Positions 61,883 through 64,000 of a DNA stretch of 64,000 bases are shown here, piece by piece. A program made the translations under genes and the position numbers. A model generated the notes under the pieces. The model made no database searches. It was not told where the DNA came from and saw nothing but the letters and a program-made list of their open reading frames with translations. Every line of letters starts with the position of its first letter. Position 1 is the first letter of the stretch. The stretch spans positions 17,782 through 81,781 of the forward strand of contig DASZQB010000053.1 in NCBI GenBank assembly GCA_035550135.1, given 5' to 3'. Source of the stretch: Verrucomicrobiales bacterium. Its GTDB lineage: Bacteria > Verrucomicrobiota > Verrucomicrobiia > Verrucomicrobiales > V1-33.

Positions 61883-63808
61883 TCATTCCTTCTTCTTCTC
61901 TTCGGTATTTTCGTTGCGCTTCGGTTTTTCCGCACTGAACGCGGGTTTTTCCTTTTCCGCCTTCCGCTCGCCCGGAGCGGCCTTCGCCGGCGCGGGTTTC
62001 TCCTCCCGCCGCGGCTTGCTTTCAGCGTTGGAGGGCGTTTCCTTTTTCGGAGTTTCCTTTTTTTCGGCAGCGCGGTTTTCCTCTGTGCGTTTCCGTTCCG
62101 CCGGATTGTCCGCATCGGTCCGGCGGGGAGCCGGTTTGTTCCTCTCCGCATCGCTTTCATTGTCGCGCGGCTCCCTGCGCGGGCGGGAGGAATCCTCTGC
62201 GTCGCGGCGCGGCTCCCGGTTGGGTTTCACTTCCGGCTCCTCAGTGCGTTCCCGCTTCGGCGGGTTGGCCTTGGTTTCGCCATTTTTTCTTTCGGGGTCG
62301 CGCGGTTTCGTTTTGTCAGGGTCCGACGGCTTCGACTTGTCAGGATCGGACGGGCGCGAAGGTTTCACCTCGTTGGGGTTGTCCTCGCCCGGGCGGCGCG
62401 GCGTGCCTTCCTCTCCTGGCCTGCGGGGCTCCGTGCGATCCCGCTCCGCCGGGGTGGTTTTCGGATCTTTGCGGTCCGCGTCCGGCGCCGGAGTGTCGCG
62501 TGGAGGCTTTGGAGTGTCGGGACGCGTCGTGTCCGGCTTGTTGGGATTGTCCTTCGGAGGTTGTCCGGGGCGTGGCGTATCCGGCTGGTCCGCGTCGGTC
62601 GGGCGCGCCGTGCCGGGTTTCGCCCCCGGTCGCACTGGCGGCGTGGTATCGTTAGGATTGCGCGGGGTTGCATCGCGCCCTGCCGTGTCGGGCCTTTCGC
62701 CCGGCCTGCGAGCGTCATCCCGCGCCGTATCCGGCCGCGGCGCATTGGGATCGGTAGTCCTCTCCGGTGTTTCGGTGTCGCGATTCGCGCCCTCCCGCGC
62801 CGGAGGCAGCGAAGCCGGCGGCGCAATGGCCAGCGGCGAGCGCTCGGCCTTTGGAGGCAGCTTGCCGCGCCCCTCTTTGCCTGCCTCCTCGCGGTACTTC
62901 TCGCGGAGTCGCGCAAATTCTCCTCCCTCCCGGCCGCCACGGCCACTCCGGCCGCCCCATCCGCGATCGATCGCCTGGCGCTCAAACCTCACCCGAACAC
63001 CCTCCGGCGGACGGATATTCTCCTCACGCCGGATGCGCGGTGCCGCCACGATGAGGGAATTTCCCTCCACCCGCGTGAAACTCCTCCGCCCGCGCTCTCC
63101 CCGGTCCCCGCGAATATTCTCCGCCACACGCAAATCCAGGCGCCGGATTTTCGGCCCGCCCGCCCGCTCGATGCGCGTGATCTCCGGTCCTCCAACATAA
63201 ATATGATTCACTACATTTTCCTTGTAGGTAATATTCGTGATGTTTACCGATTTTTCGATGATCCGCACGTTTTCTGTCGTCGCCACAAGGTGACGCCTCA
63301 CTTCCGGCGCGCCAAAGTGCTCGATCGTCACAAAATTATACCACGTCGGCCCGATGTCGTAATGGCTGTCGGTCCATGTGTGAAAGCCCGTGTCCTGCAC
63401 CCATTGTGCCTCCGGCGGCAGCGGCGCCCAGCCGATCTCGCGGTCCGTCTGGCGCCACGAAACCCACGCCGGAGCCCACTCGAATCCCGGCACCCACCAC
63501 CAGCGGTCCCTCAGCAGCGCCCACCGGCCGTAGTGATACGTCACCCAGCCATATTCTTCATTCGACACCCAGGTCCATCCGTTGTCCGTCCACACCCACG
63601 AGCCGTCAGTGTAGGGACGCCATCCTTCCTCCCGCGCTCCCTTCGGGCTCCAGCAGTAGCCATAGTCGTCCGAGTAGCTCCATTCGCCCGCAGGCTTCAG
63701 CGTGTCGTAAAAAAAGTCGAAGGAAACTTCGACCTCCGCTGATCGCGCCCGCGGCGCGATTGCGAATTGCAGCACGAATGCCGCTACAATGATAACAAGT
63801 CGTTTCAT
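61883..63808 (-). CDS. Secreted protein: W/Y-rich DUF6600-like N-terminal domain plus approx. 355-aa highly charged disordered tail
   Basis: Signal peptide MKRLVIIVAAFVLQFAIA. YGYCWSPKG...GWRPYTDGSWVWTDNGWTWVSNEEYGWVTYHYGRW...WWVPGFEWAPAWVSWR. Tail made almost only of K/R/E/D/P/T/A/N. Confidence 0.75.
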   Translation of the reverse strand: MKRLVIIVAAFVLQFAIAPRARSAEVEVSFDFFYDTLKPAGEWSYSDDYGYCWSPKGAREEGWRPYTDGSWVWTDNGWTWVSNEEYGWVTYHYGRWALLRDRWWWVPGFEWAPAWVSWRQTDREIGWAPLPPEAQWVQDTGFHTWTDSHYDIGPTWYNFVTIEHFGAPEVRRHLVATTENVRIIEKSVNITNITYKENVVNHIYVGGPEITRIERAGGPKIRRLDLRVAENIRGDRGERGRRSFTRVEGNSLIVAAPRIRREENIRPPEGVRVRFERQAIDRGWGGRSGRGGREGGEFARLREKYREEAGKEGRGKLPPKAERSPLAIAPPASLPPAREGANRDTETPERTTDPNAPRPDTARDDARRPGERPDTAGRDATPRNPNDTTPPVRPGAKPGTARPTDADQPDTPRPGQPPKDNPNKPDTTRPDTPKPPRDTPAPDADRKDPKTTPAERDRTEPRRPGEEGTPRRPGEDNPNEVKPSRPSDPDKSKPSDPDKTKPRDPERKNGETKANPPKRERTEEPEVKPNREPRRDAEDSSRPRREPRDNESDAERNKPAPRRTDADNPAERKRTEENRAAEKKETPKKETPSNAESKPRREEKPAPAKAAPGERKAEKEKPAFSAEKPKRNENTEEKKKE

Positions 63809-64000
63809 AATTCAGTGGTATTGAGGGTGGTGTTCTTCGGCCTCGCGCCCGCGATCCTCCGCGCATTGCTTTGGCCGGGGCACGTCCGGCTGCAAATTCC
63901 GTTCCCCGTCATCACCCATTCCGCACTTGTCTCATCCCTTCCGGCTCAGCGTGCGATGGCCCATTCATTACTGGCGCCCACAGGGAAAAGCCAGGCCGTG

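Noticed and set aside
61866-63200. 444-aa plus-strand ORF rich in Ser/Gly/Arg
   Set aside because: It is a shadow of the charged tail of the minus-strand DUF6600-like gene. It has no start context and purely low-complexity content. The minus frame continues into a well-structured W/Y-rich domain with a signal peptide.
1-64000. Apparent abundance of the pentamer CTAAC/GTTAG (often as NCT-AAC or CTA-ACN codon pairs, sometimes as GTTAGGG)
   Set aside because: A rough by-eye tally is of the same order as the approx. 45 per orientation expected from base composition alone (0.2^3 x 0.3^2 x 64000, assuming 60% GC). I saw no strand polarity or regular spacing. An exact k-mer enrichment and skew calculation would be needed to revisit this.

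Overview
This is a high-GC (about 60%) bacterial chromosomal segment. It is densely coding, and most other long ORFs in the six-frame track are shadow (antisense) ORFs. The gene content points to Verrucomicrobiota or a close PVC relative: a PEP-CTERM protein, several giant secreted LamG (Laminin_G_3) proteins, an ECF sigma factor paired with a WD40 Ser/Thr kinase, a secreted xylose-isomerase-like TIM barrel, a bacterial MRJP/yellow homologue and proline-rich linkers. I support about 47 CDS. I found no rRNA, tRNA, CRISPR array, transposase, integrase cassette or prophage.

Recognisable blocks, in order:
- A TetR-controlled tripartite RND efflux operon (3.1-9.5 kb).
- An ECF sigma / anti-sigma / LTXXQ chaperone envelope-stress module (12.5-13.8 kb).
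- A solitary Hcp (T6SS tube) homologue followed by an uncharacterised 581-aa membrane protein (18.1-20.4 kb).
- An mdh - M14 peptidase - MoaD/ThiS(GG) - BNR propeller gene string (20.4-23.6 kb).
- A cluster of envelope protease-like and unknown secreted proteins (24.6-30.3 kb).
- A 2147-aa CotH-kinase/lamin-tail/LamG giant (35.8-42.3 kb).
- A LamG PEP-CTERM protein, a NarL-type two-component system, a ribose/fructose-type ABC importer and a LamG-GH32-like hydrolase, probably a fructan-type utilisation locus (42.5-51.9 kb).
- A 1035-aa LamG/crystallin/PKD/TSP3 protein followed by an ECF sigma and a transmembrane WD40 Ser/Thr kinase (54.6-61.8 kb).

Observations most worth follow-up:
- The orphan Hcp and its neighbour.
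- A recurrent unannotated C-terminal domain shared by three unrelated secreted proteins.
- A LamG paralogue family present four times in three proteins.
- A short dispersed repeat family with a CGGAATnnnATTCCG core at 23.8-24.0 kb and 30.5 kb.
- Apparent catalytic-residue substitutions in protease-like and glycosidase-like genes.

All calls rest on reading the translations and DNA by eye. No searches were run.
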